DNA from: Phoronis australis | Taxonomy: Eukaryota; Animalia; Phoronida | Length of the DNA stretch: 64,000 nt | Assembly: GCA_002633005.1 (NCBI GenBank) | Contig: NMRA01000447.1 | Span: 80,237-144,236, forward strand | Direction of reading: 5' to 3' | Part shown: positions 38,728 through 49,752 of the stretch, piece after piece | How the letters are laid out: each line of letters starts with the position of its first letter | Position numbering within the stretch: position 1 is the first letter of the stretch | The notes under the pieces: model-generated | Databases searched by the model: none | What the model saw: the letters and a program-made list of their open reading frames with translations, nothing else | What the model was told of the DNA's origin: nothing | Made by a program: the position numbers and the translations under genes

Positions 38728-40120
38728 CAGTACAGGCACTGAATTATTAGACTCTCTCTGGTGTCTCTCCGGTCTAGCCACCCGGAGGCAGACCGGAGAG
38801 TGAGGCGTGAATCCACTGTGACAGCTGGCGTGAGCCTAAGCGTGACTGTACCTGGAGCTTACCGTGAGTTAGGCATGAGTTTACCTTCATCGCAGATGAT
38901 AAAGTAATTTATTCAGTAACTAGCAGTGATGTGTGTATTCTCATAGACTTTTGCTCATGTGAGGTTTAATTTTTTTGAAATCGTCACGTGCAGTAAAAGA
39001 CAAAAATTTCCGTCTAAAATCTTAAGTCACTTCAGAAAACAGACCTGTGGACTTTACTATTCACTTATATATAATTATTTATTTTTTATATAAACTAATA
39101 AAGAATTTTAACGCGCGTGTACATGGCGGAATTATTCAATTGCCTTCACGATATGAAGGAGCATAACATGTCAATTCTGAGCACATTGATCCCAAGTTCT
39201 GGCATCATGCGGAGAAAACTGATCACGCCCATGCATTTGACGAGTCAAACAGATGACCGCTATTATTATTTTAGTGAAGAAGTACCCCGGGGATACTGTG
39301 AACTCAGTCGAAACGCATGTACTACGGGGAGGGGGCTACAAATAATTGAACTGCACTACGGATTCAGGACTTTTAAGTCAAAACATTTGCCTGCAGTAAG
39401 GGATGGGTATGTCAGAAGGGCGGCCTATTGAAATTTTCTGTACGTCAGTGCGGTGCAAAAATTTACGGAGTGACACAATACTTCACAAGACGCGTAGGTT
39501 ATTTTTAGGGCGAATTAACTATATCCACCTGTGACAAGTTTCAAGGAGTCCACAGCCGTGTAAAGATGACTCTGGGCACAGGGTCGCATTTATTCGTATT
39601 TACTAACCGTGGTTACTGCACATGCTTGTCGTTGATGGGACTGGCTCTTAAGTCGTAAATTGAACATGTACATGTAAGTGTAACACAAGACGAGCTGAAG
39701 GAAGACGTTTGTATGAACAACAAGTGGAATTACAGAGTTAGTCGAAACCCAAGTGTGATAGATGACCGCTTGCAAAGATACTCTAAAATATACTATAATG
39801 TCTTTGCAACTTGACCGAAACGACAGGCAATCAAGACGTTACATGTATTTTTACTGATTAGCCCTGGTTCCCTTCCATGGTTACCACAGCTACCGAAGGC
39901 ATGAAGAAAGCCTGAGGTAAGCATGACGGAGGCGCGAAGAAAGCGTGAATGAGGCGTGAGGAAGGTGTTAACTAAACCGAAGGTAAGCGTGAGGACTACC
40001 CGGAGAGTAGGCGTGAGGCGACCGTGACTGATTTCTGTCACGCCTGTGTTCCAGTTGCCCTCCGGTCTGGCCAGGCGTGAGGTAGTCCGGACGAAGTCTA
40101 AAAATTCAGTGGCTGTACTG
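38728..40120. mobile_element. 1.4-kb TA-target MITE (Tc1/mariner/pogo type)
   Basis: TA-CAGTACAGGCACTGAATTATTAGACT ... AGTCTAAAAATTCAGTGGCTGTACTG-TA; GGCGTGA subterminal repeats. Confidence 0.85.
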
Positions 40121-40162
40121 TACACTGTGGATCTAAATAATAAAATCTCGTAAGACTCTAAC

Positions 40163-40222
40163 CTGATTATATTCCTTAGTTGTCTTCACAGCACTATCCT
40201 TGAGCTGCTTGATCTCTTCTTC
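40163..40222 (-). CDS. RIMBP2: RIMBP exon 7
   Basis: EEEIKQLKDSAVKTTKEYNQ; ttttag/gttaga; phases 0-0. Confidence 0.8.
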
Positions 40223-41161
40223 CTAAAACAAACAATCAGTATTTCAGTGACGAAGTGGTAGTAATTAAAGTGAGGGAATGTATGTATCAAGTGTTAAATA
40301 ACTTATGTATATTAACAATCATGATTGTCTTAAAGCTGCATCTTGTTGCTGTTTAGCTGTCAATGTTGACCCGAAAGGTTTTGAGGTTGAAAAGCATAAC
40401 CATGTTCATTTGATCTAGAATTGTAGCTAAAGTAGCTGACAATTCAAGTCAAAGGCAATACGTCGACGCGCCATTTTCAAATTCACAGTTTTAGGTTGTG
40501 CAGTTGTGATAAGATCAGAAGCATTTCCTTGAGTCGCTGATGGTTTTGATTTTATTGTTGGTAACGGAAATAGCATCTGAGCACAGTAAGCAATATTACG
40601 GGACCGATGTCACAGTAAAAGGCCTTACTCGATTTTAGCCAGATGAACAGGGCGAAATGCGCTTTAAAGGAAAACTTCAGTGCCATCTTTGTTTTGATTT
40701 GGATGTTTTTGAGTGAAGGTCTAAATACAGCAAATTCTTACTTCTAAATTCACACAATGCACACCCAGTGGAGTTCACCAATTACTTGTTTGACCCAATT
40801 CCTTGCCTCAAATTTACATGATCATAGTTGCTGTTAAATATTACACACTATCAACATGACCGTTATCACATTGTTCGAGGATTAAATGTACCAGTGAACT
40901 AACAAGCAAATCAATCTAATTCTCAGTTGCAGAGGCAGCATACATTTAGTCATACTCTTAAATCCAAGAAAATGACACGCCCATCCAGCTAATCGAACAG
41001 TCAGTTTCCAAGACCAGGAAGCACTGCTTATCTGAGTAATGAACAAGCAGAGAGCAATTTTATACCTGTTAACAAACTAAATCATCAGTTGTGGGTTTTC
41101 TAGTAGAGAGCATCTGCATGACCGTTTTAAACCTGACTAACAATGACCCAGTGCTACTTAC

Positions 41162-41275
41162 AAGCCTATCATTATCCTCCATGACTTTTTTGGCAAGATC
41201 AGACTCTTTCTGTAGTGAAGCCACCGTCTCTTCTAGGTCCATCACCTTTTTCCTACTAGCCTCAGTTTGTTGCTG
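41162..41275 (-). CDS. RIMBP2: RIMBP exon 6
   Basis: QQQTEASRKKVMDLEETVASLQKE...NDRL; CAGCAG tandem acceptor, gtaagt donor. Confidence 0.87.
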
Positions 41276-41995
41276 CTGATGGAAACACAAGATCAACTCG
41301 GATGATTTCATCTGCGATGCTGCTGTCATTTTCAGATGCATTAGGGAACATTTGTCACCTTGCAAACACTTGGTGACATCACCAAAAACTTGACAACTTG
41401 ACACGCATCGTAATTGAAACTGGACTGGGTCCACTGTAACAACCTTTTAGGTGCGAGTATGCCAAAACAACAATCAGAAAAACTTGAAGAGAGTTACAGA
41501 TGCACGAGATAATAATAATTTTGGCAAATCTTTTAATGTACGAAAGTTTCTCAACACACATGCCATCCGATCACGCTCAAGTTAAATCCCACCACCTAAA
41601 ATGCCAGTCTTGCACTCCATAGAGCTAAGAAACTCACAAATATGCGAGATATCGCCATGCATAACAAGCAAAGTAAGTGATTGCACTTTACCCACTTAAT
41701 GCATGCATCTACAGAATGGAATGCATGCCTCAATTTCAACCACTCGAAAACACTGAACATTTTTCTATTAGTACTTTCAAACTGACAAAAAGTTTTCGGA
41801 CTGTTAAATGCTCCATTTTAATACTGCTTAGCAACAACTAAAGCATATTTTTTCGTGTAATGTGATAACATTCGGATCGTCAAATTAATTCCAAAAAATA
41901 ACAGAAAAGTAGCAAGTCGACACCTGGTTCAAGAAAAATTACAACACTGCCTACAACAAAACAGAAAGAAAAATGTTCTTATTTTCTCAACTTAC

Positions 41996-42109
41996 CTGCA
42001 CAGTAGTTCCAGATCTACTCACTAGGTTGCACTCTAGTCTCAACCTCTCCTTGGCAGATTGTTTTATAATGTTTTCTAATTCTTCTTTATCTTCATATAT
42101 TTGATTATT
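41996..42109 (-). CDS. RIMBP2: RIMBP exon 5
   Basis: NNQIYEDKEELENIIKQSAKERLRLE...TTVQ; ttttag/gtaagt. Confidence 0.88.
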
Positions 42110-43058
42110 CTAAAATGTATGCAATTCAAAAAATATGCAGGCAGGCGACAAAATGGCTTGGAATAGTTAGAGCATAACAACACTCTGGCATCTACTAAAC
42201 AGGCAAAAAACTTTTTGGAATTCGATATTATATCTATACACATAATTTGCCAGTATTTAAAGGAAAATCAAAGTCTGTGTTGTTATTTGATAGTAAAAAT
42301 TAAAATCAAAATGCTCGCTCATCTAACATTACAGAAACAATGTGGTCGGTTTAACTCATTTTTCCGCAATCCATTTCAGAGGGAAGCACAACCAACGACA
42401 GACTGCTGAACAGACGCTAATGGCATGTCAGTTCACTGATGCCGCATGCATACTTGACATGGTCCAATGTTGGAATACACTTAAGACTAGTCACAATTTG
42501 TAACACCAATGCAAATTGTTTCATCTTCCCCTTTATAGCCCCATCAACTGTCATACATTTTTCTTTTTTTTTGGGAGTGGAAGCCTTTGTTTTGTTTGTT
42601 TTTTAATATGACGAGCTAGCATTCCAAAATACGCTTAATAAACCCTTGGACAAAATGGAATTCAATGAATGCTTCAATGGGAAGATTCACAGCTGCTAAC
42701 TTGACCATTTTCAGTTTGAAGGTTGTGACTGTGGCTTGACCTTATTACAGTAGTCTGTAGCACACCCTTGAGAAAGAGCACATCGCTCGACACGTGGGCA
42801 TATTTTAATAAATATATTTTATTACCGATGCTCGTCACTTTAGTTTAACTAGTTTTACTAGTTGTATTTGTCTGTATAGATTGATTCTCAACCACTGGTC
42901 AAGAGACTTAAAGCAATCACTGAGTAATTACCTTACAAAAAGCGACAGACAGGTTTTAAGCAACAGAAATATCAAACACAAACACAAACATTCCTCTGCA
43001 AGTCTCCATTGACTGACAACATAGTACAACAGTCTGAGCACCACAAGCAACACCTCAC

Positions 43059-43244
43059 CTCAACAGGTTGTGACAACTGTCCCAGCTGATCCATCAGTCT
43101 CTGACATTGCTGTCGAAGGCTGTCAATCTCTTTCTCCTTGGCAAGAGTTCCCTTGGCATGTTCAGCCAGATCTTTGGCTCGCTGTCGCGCGAACACTTTC
43201 TTCATATGGTCCACGTCATGAGAGTTAGCAGACTCGTCCGTCTT
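43059..43244 (-). CDS. RIMBP2: RIMBP exon 4
   Basis: FARQRAKDLAEHAKGTLAKEKEIDSLRQQC, like the TSPOAP1/RIMBP3 N-terminal coil; ttgcag/gtgagg. Confidence 0.92.
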
Positions 43245-43294
43245 CTGCAAAGAGAAATTGCAGCCAGTATAGATAAGCCAGAGAAGTGTATTCA

Positions 43295-43686
43295 TTCACC
43301 ATTACCATCAGTGTTAGGCTTTAGTTTTACTAGATTCAGAATGGGTTTACAGAATCCCTTTCACCATTACCATCAGTGTTAGGCTTTAGTTTTACTAGAT
43401 TCAGAATGGGTTTACAGAATCACTTTCACCATTACCATCAGTGTTAGGCTTTAGTTTTACTAGATTCAGAATGGGTTTACAGAATCATTTTCACCATTAC
43501 CATCAGTGTTAGGCTTTAGTTTTACTAGATTCAGAATGGGTTTACAGAATCCCTTTCACCATTACCATCAGTGTTAGGCTTTAGTTTTACTAGATTCAGA
43601 ATGGGTTTACAGAATCACTTTCACCATTACCATCAGTGTTAGGCTTTAGTTTTACTAGATTCAGAATGGGTTTACAGAATCACTTT
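43295..43686. repeat. 65-bp minisatellite, 6 copies
   Basis: Unit TTCACCATTACCATCAGTGTTAGGCTTTAGTTTTACTAGATTCAGAATGGGTTTACAGAATCACT. Confidence 0.95.
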
Positions 43687-43759
43687 TTGAGAAAAAATCA
43701 ATTTCAACAAAACAATTACATGAACTTCAACAAAAGCTATGATTCTAAATCCCATTGAA

Positions 43760-43882
43760 GAGGCAGCGTGGCCTAGTGGGATAAGTGTCGGCCTCCTTTG
43801 CTCAAGGACATGGGTTCGAGCCCCACTAGAACACACTGCTAGACCCTCGAGTCGATTCTTTAGCTCCTCAGTTTGGTTTTAA
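43760..43882 (+). mobile_element. tRNA-derived SINE
   Basis: GCGTGGCCTAGTGG A-box, GGTTCGAGCCC B-box; same family as 5795-5915. Confidence 0.65.
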
Positions 43883-44005
43883 CTACATAGTAATAAAGCA
43901 TAAAAATAGTTCCAAGTGATCTGTGCAACGAGCCCACCTGAGCGGCCTGGTACATTGTGTATAAGACCGCTTACAAATATTTCTTAATCCCTCATAACAG
44001 TGTAC

Positions 44006-44137
44006 CTTTGTGTGAGATTGCTGAAGAGTTGTCACTTTTTGCTCCAATCTTCTGGCAATGGCCGCCAATTCAGCGTTACGTTTTTTAAGTTTCCTCATCT
44101 TTTCTTCAACTGGACCCTGTTCACTGAGTTTTCTTTT
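44006..44137 (-). CDS. RIMBP2: RIMBP exon 3
   Basis: EEKMRKLKKRNAELAAIARRLEQK; tttcag/gtacac; phases 0-0. Confidence 0.92.
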
Positions 44138-44737
44138 CTGAAAAACAGAAAGTCGACACTGTGGTCAATCAAATGGGACAAATCTGACAGATGCTTCAGG
44201 CTAACAAGAGGGACTTTCATATTACTTTGCTGCCTCGTTACCATGAGTACCAATGTGCAAGCGACTCCATCTCGTGTCTGTCGAAGGAACTAGCCTGGTT
44301 CCTCCAATATTCTTTTCTATGAACAGCTGTGTTAAAAGCTCAAATCCAGCGACTGTCGACGTAAGAAACACTACAAACTCAAGATTTCGAGTGAAAACTT
44401 TAGATTTCGAGATCAGAGTCGAACCTATAGCCTTAGTGCTGGGGTCATCAAGTGCAAACTGGGATAAGGATAACTAATAAAAATGTACTCGGGCAAAAAG
44501 AGCACAAAATAATAGACACTTATGTTGAGTTTGCACAAAAGTAGAACAGAAAATGACAAAAATAATTTTGAGTTCTACCCCAAGCCCTGATCTGAACTGA
44601 TACACTGAGCATTACTGAAGATTTTTGACATTAGGAGGAACTAAACTCAAAATCAACATGACTGGCACGGTGTCAGTATTAATAGGTAAAAATAATGTTG
44701 ACAGCAGAGCATCTGAAAGGAACCAAGTGGTACGTAC

Positions 44738-44857
44738 AAGAGATTCATTTTCTGCCTTTAAACCTGAGATCCGATTGTCCACTTTAGAGGAATGCATAGC
44801 AGTTTCACTGGACCTCCTCCGGCCGATATCAGCTTTGTCGGGAGTGCTCTTAGTGTC
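44738..44857 (-). CDS. RIMBP2: RIMBP exon 2 (duplicate copy)
   Basis: Same 40-aa peptide and splice sites as 45438-45557; counted once in the gene model. Confidence 0.6.
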
Positions 44858-45437
44858 CTGAAAGTAGACATTTTCAAACAATGATGAAACGAACCTTGTG
44901 CAGCACAGCCCCAAGACACGATAGGAGACACAATGTTGCCACCAACATACCTGATTAAAAAATCACAGGATAACATTTATATGTCTCTAAATGACCAGGA
45001 CATGTGTTATCTAAATCAATAAAGGATTATGTTGTTAGATTACGAATCCTTTTTGAACAAGACATTTATAACTTTTTAAGTCAAAGACCACCATATTCCA
45101 CATGTCTCCTGCTGGCCATACCTCAGTCTCAAGATGCTCTTACTACGCAGATGACTAGTCATGCTTGAACTGAAATACAGCTACCTTCTTTTGTCACCAA
45201 GGGGTCCATTTTTAATTCACACAACTCCCAAGGGTTATGTTTGAAGAACACAACATAAAACTACATGTATGNTTCTACCCCAAGCCCTGATCTGAACTGA
45301 TACACTGAGCATTACTGAAGATTTTTGACATAAGGAGGAACTAAACTCAAAATCAACATGACTGGCACGGTGTCAGTATTAATAGGTAAAAATATTGTTG
45401 ACAGCAGAGCATCTGAAAGGAACCAAGTGGTACGTAC

Positions 45438-45557
45438 AAGAGATTCATTTTCTGCCTTTAAACCTGAGATCCGATTGTCCACTTTAGAGGAATGCATAGC
45501 AGTTTCACTGGACCTCCTGCGGCCGATATCAGCTTTGTCGGGAGTGCTCTTAGTGTC
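45438..45557 (-). CDS. RIMBP2: RIMBP exon 2
   Basis: DTKSTPDKADIGRRRSS...LKAENESL; tttcag/gtacgt; phases 0-0. Confidence 0.8.
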
Positions 45558-46226
45558 CTGAAAGTAGACATTTTCAAACAATGATGAAATGAACCTTGTG
45601 CAGCACAGCCCCAAGACACGATAGGAGACACAATGTTGCCACCAACATACCTGATTAAAAAATCACAGGATAACATTTATATGTCTCTAAATGACCAGCA
45701 CATGTGTTATATAAATCAATAAATGATTATGTTGTTAGATTACGAATCCTTTTTGAACAAGACATTTATAACTTTTTAAGTCAAAGACCACCATATTCCA
45801 CATGTCTCCTGCTGGCCATACCTCAGTCTCAAGATGCTCTTACTACGCAGATGACTCATCATGCTTGAACTGAAATACAGCTACCTTCTTTTGTCACCAA
45901 GGGGTCCATTTTTAATTCACACAACTCCCAAGGGTTATGTTTGAAAAACACAACATAAAACTACATGTATGCACTGCTTGCATTATTCCGGGGTTTCTTC
46001 ACATGTCTACAACAATTTCTACACCAGTCCTGGTGTCTGTTACAAGAAAAGTGACTTACGACTACGTTTTCAAAGATTTTACGCTTTGCTCAAGTAAGAT
46101 CAAGTTATTTTTGGAAATAGATGCGAGGAGCAGTCTTCAGTCATTTTTCACGTACAAGAGCCCAGAGTACACAATTCTAATCTTCTTTAAATAAACATTT
46201 TGATGATTGTTTATTCATATAATTAC

Positions 46227-46964
46227 CCCATTGTTCCCATTGCTGGCATCGCTTAACCCCTCGCTACTATGGCTTAATGCCGACTTTCTCATGGACCTGT
46301 CGAGCAACCCCTTCTCATGTGTATCCCCAGCCAAGCTAAGAGAGCTCCCGTCCCGCGACACTTCTCGCTTAAGGCCCCGTTGTACATCCAGCTCAAGCCT
46401 CAGTTTACGAACTTGCGCCGCCTTATCCTTCTCGTCCATACTCTTCAGTCGATACTTCTCTTCCAGCTCTTGTTTGGCTGCCTTCAGGTGTTTCACTTCC
46501 TTTTGCAGCTTATGTACAATGTCCGACTGGTCAGATTTCTGCCCCAGCGCCTTCCTCTGCACCTCCAATGCCACCTTGACAGCATCCTCCTTCTCCTGAT
46601 TGAACTGTCTCTTAAGTTGCTTCACCTCTTCATCCTTATACTTCAAGACTTGCCGCAGCTCCACGTCTTTCTCGTGTGATAGCGACTCTTTCAATCGAGT
46701 CAACTCGCTCTGCTTATCCGCCTGACATCGTGCCTGATATGTCTCTGTCAATGTTGTCTTTTCGTATTCGTACTGCTCTCGTAGCTGTTTCATCTCCGCC
46801 ATCTTGTCCTTTTGGAAGTGCCGGATTTTGCTTCTTTCGATCTCCAACTCGGCTTTGTACTTGGCTATCTTTCGCTTCATCTCCTCGAACAGCTTGTGTT
46901 TACTGGGACGGTCCCCATTCTTGCCCGAGAGGGAGCCACCCTCAGTGGAGTTAGCCACTGACAT
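46227..46964 (-). CDS. RIMBP2: RIMBP first coding exon: N-terminal coiled coil
   Basis: 246 codons from ATG with an in-frame TAA upstream (46989-46991); ELRQVLKYKDEEVKQLK coil; gtaatt donor; acceptor ttgcag upstream puts the exon start at 47012. Confidence 0.9.
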
Positions 46965-49457
46965 GTTGCAGTGTGTATGTGTGGCTTTTTAAGAATTTCT
47001 TCCTAACATAGCCTGCAATATAGAACACGGATATTATTCATTCTGGCCTCATCCAAAGAAGACGCTAAAATCACAAATGCGCAAAGTTTGTCTTCAGTTT
47101 TTATCAGCGATCAAACACATGCAAGGCAAAAATCTCATATCTAGCATAGTGCAAAAGTTTTTGCACATTCAAAAATTCATGGTTGGCGAGGAGAAATTAG
47201 AAACAAAACACTGGGTTTCTTTGACAAGCATGAATCGAGATTGACAGATCTGAGTTGAACTTATAACTTAAACCGTTCTCAAAGTAACAGTCTTACCATC
47301 ACCCTACCAAGTTCCATAACAAGCATCCACAGTAAAACTAACAAGGGAATCAAAAATACATCACGACTCGATTTTCATATTTATCATACTTTTCTGTTGA
47401 CATTCCGTTAGATAAACTTGCTATCAACCTAGTTTTGATAAAAGTTGATTTAGAACAGTTACGACCTTGGCCTTGACTTGTTCATCACTCAAACAATAGT
47501 TGATTTCTATACAGAACTGATAGCTCTAGTGGCTTAAGAGCTTAAGACCATGCTCCGCACTTGAAATGACCGCCGTGACAAGCCAACGTGTTCAGCATGG
47601 TCTCAAGCAATGACAAACCACCAGTTCTTTACAAGCCCGGAGACCAGCTGTAAGTAGTCTACATCAAAAGTAAGTTTCATTATAACAGAATGTGGGTCTG
47701 TAACAGCTTTGTTCACAAACACGAATGAACATAAGTTTGAAGATTTCTGCCAGACTTATGTTCATTAAGTCACGTGATATGGCCAACAGGTGGCGTTCAG
47801 GTCAGACTTAAACATATCTGTGATCTATACTTCCACACTGGTTTAAGACTTACATAACTTTAATGTTTCCTTTATTCTAGGAACCTAGGAAAATAACTTC
47901 AAACAAGGTGAATGGCCCTTATCTAGATACCATCCGCAAGCCTACTAGTATTGTTTTCTTAACATTCTGTTATCTAATAGACGTTATATGAAGACTCAAA
48001 GTCAAACAATCTCAGGGCTCAATGCTCAGCATAATGTCAACTCACTAAATGTGACCGGGCTAAGTTCCCAGCTTGCCAAAACAAGAAAACCCCGTGTGGG
48101 GATTCCTAGCCTCTATAAACTACACATAGTCAGCAAGAACCGAAAATGAAACGCTGATCTCAGCAAATGTCTGCCAAAGCACCAGAGAGCGTTTTTTTAC
48201 TTAAACATAAAATAACGATTGTCACAAATTCTCGGTAACGATCGAATTCCCCCCTTTTGTCCCCAATATCACGCACAGGGTGACCGCTTTTAAGGAGCAG
48301 ATGATCAACACATGTTACCTGTGCACTACTCATAATGGGCCCTTCTGATTTTGGTCAAATGAATCCAACTTCTGTCAGTTTACTTCCTGTAACGTTTTGA
48401 GTGATCCAATGTGTGCATGGCAACATGGTGGTAACCTATGATTTTTATCAGGTAACCAAACAAAATCTGAGGTTGCATTGGTGATCTGCACGTCAAGCCC
48501 TGAATCTAATAAATGTCACTTAGAAACAAGGATGAAACACAAATTGTAATATCTCAAGGGGAATCTTTGCTTATTTTCTGCCTGCGCAAGAACAGTCAAG
48601 GAGACTGGTTGCACCTCGACACCATTCCCAGTAAAGTTTGAATAAAGACAACAACTTTTCTTACAATTTTCATTTCCAGTTAGTAGGTTAGTTGTGAGAG
48701 AGAAGCTGATTTCATTAACAAATTTGAGATTAAATATTATGCCGTTTCAGAGTTCGAAAGTGACAATGAACATTTACACCAATCTTACATCTAAAGCAAT
48801 ACATACCTCATGTTAGCACCACCTGTAGCCATGCCACAGGCTGGCTTGGGTTCCACGTCAACCAAACTGCAAAAGCAAAAAGCATAGATTCTTTAACTTA
48901 ATGAGTACTAATCATTAAAAGAATGACAATCAAATTAAACATAGTAAAATGTTAGGCTTTCATATCATAATTTGTCACCATGGAGTAGTTTTCAAAATAC
49001 CAAAATAAACAAGGCAGACGTCGACAGCACTCTGCCAGACACACATCTTGTCAGAATAATTTGACACTTTTATCAAACTTTCGTTGCAATAAAGTATTGT
49101 TTTCATCAAAGTTTTGTCAGAGTTTATCGAGATGTTAATGTGAATATTACGGTAGTAGTCACCATTTATCAATGAACTTTCACAGATGTCGCAATTTCGT
49201 CAACATGCGTGGAGCATAACCTATTGAGATTTTGTTAAGATTTCGCAGGAATTGATTCTAGACAAAAAGAAATTACGGCTTTGGACAACAACCCGCCTCC
49301 TTCACCAATGCTTCACGAACTGATCAACAGATGGCACTAGCAGCCTGCGATGATGTAGTTTATGCCCAGTCAGAATGTAGACTGCAGCTTATACTGACGC
49401 TAGGCTGAGGTCCTTAAAGCTCTTATGATCCCACTTCATGTAAAAAATCTTTTGATT

Positions 49458-49752
49458 GGGGGGTCTGTTTCATGAAAATAGACTTGAGACGTACAACAGA
49501 AATTTGGTTTTATGCACCCACTTCACAATTGTTGAAAAATGTTTTAGCCAAGCAATTTATGAGTGCATCACAGTCTAGAAATACTGGTATTTACATAAAT
49601 TATCTTCCTAACTTGCAACTATGAGTATATGCTCAGGAACATTGTACTTTTGTTCAAGTGAGATTTAATTACTTTTTCAGAGACAGCTGTGTGGAGCATA
49701 AGACCAGATTTCTGACTTCAATCTTGAGTCACTTTTCATAAAACGGACCCCC
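49458..49752. mobile_element. MITE with GGGG termini (PIF/Harbinger-like)
   Basis: GGGGGTCTGTTTCATGAAAATAGACT ... AGTCACTTTTCATAAAACGGACCCCC. Confidence 0.65.

Larger units (their letters stand above)
44573..45971. repeat. 699-bp tandem duplication split by a single N (45272), probable assembly artefact
   Basis: 44573-45271 and 45273-45971 nearly identical; each carries a full copy of exon 2. Confidence 0.85.
7720..46964 (-). other. RIMBP2: RIMS-binding protein gene, 26 coding exons, ~1858 aa (whole coding span)
   Basis: Coiled coil-SH3-3xFN3-SH3-SH3 order; family motifs [63 protein letters not shown]; all exon phases chain to a 5577-nt ORF. Symbol is nominal: probably co-ortholog of vertebrate RIMBP2, TSPOAP1 and RIMBP3. 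Confidence 0.95.

Noticed and set aside
46207-46992. Plus-strand ORFs over RIMBP exon 1
   Set aside because: Antisense shadows of a real coding exon
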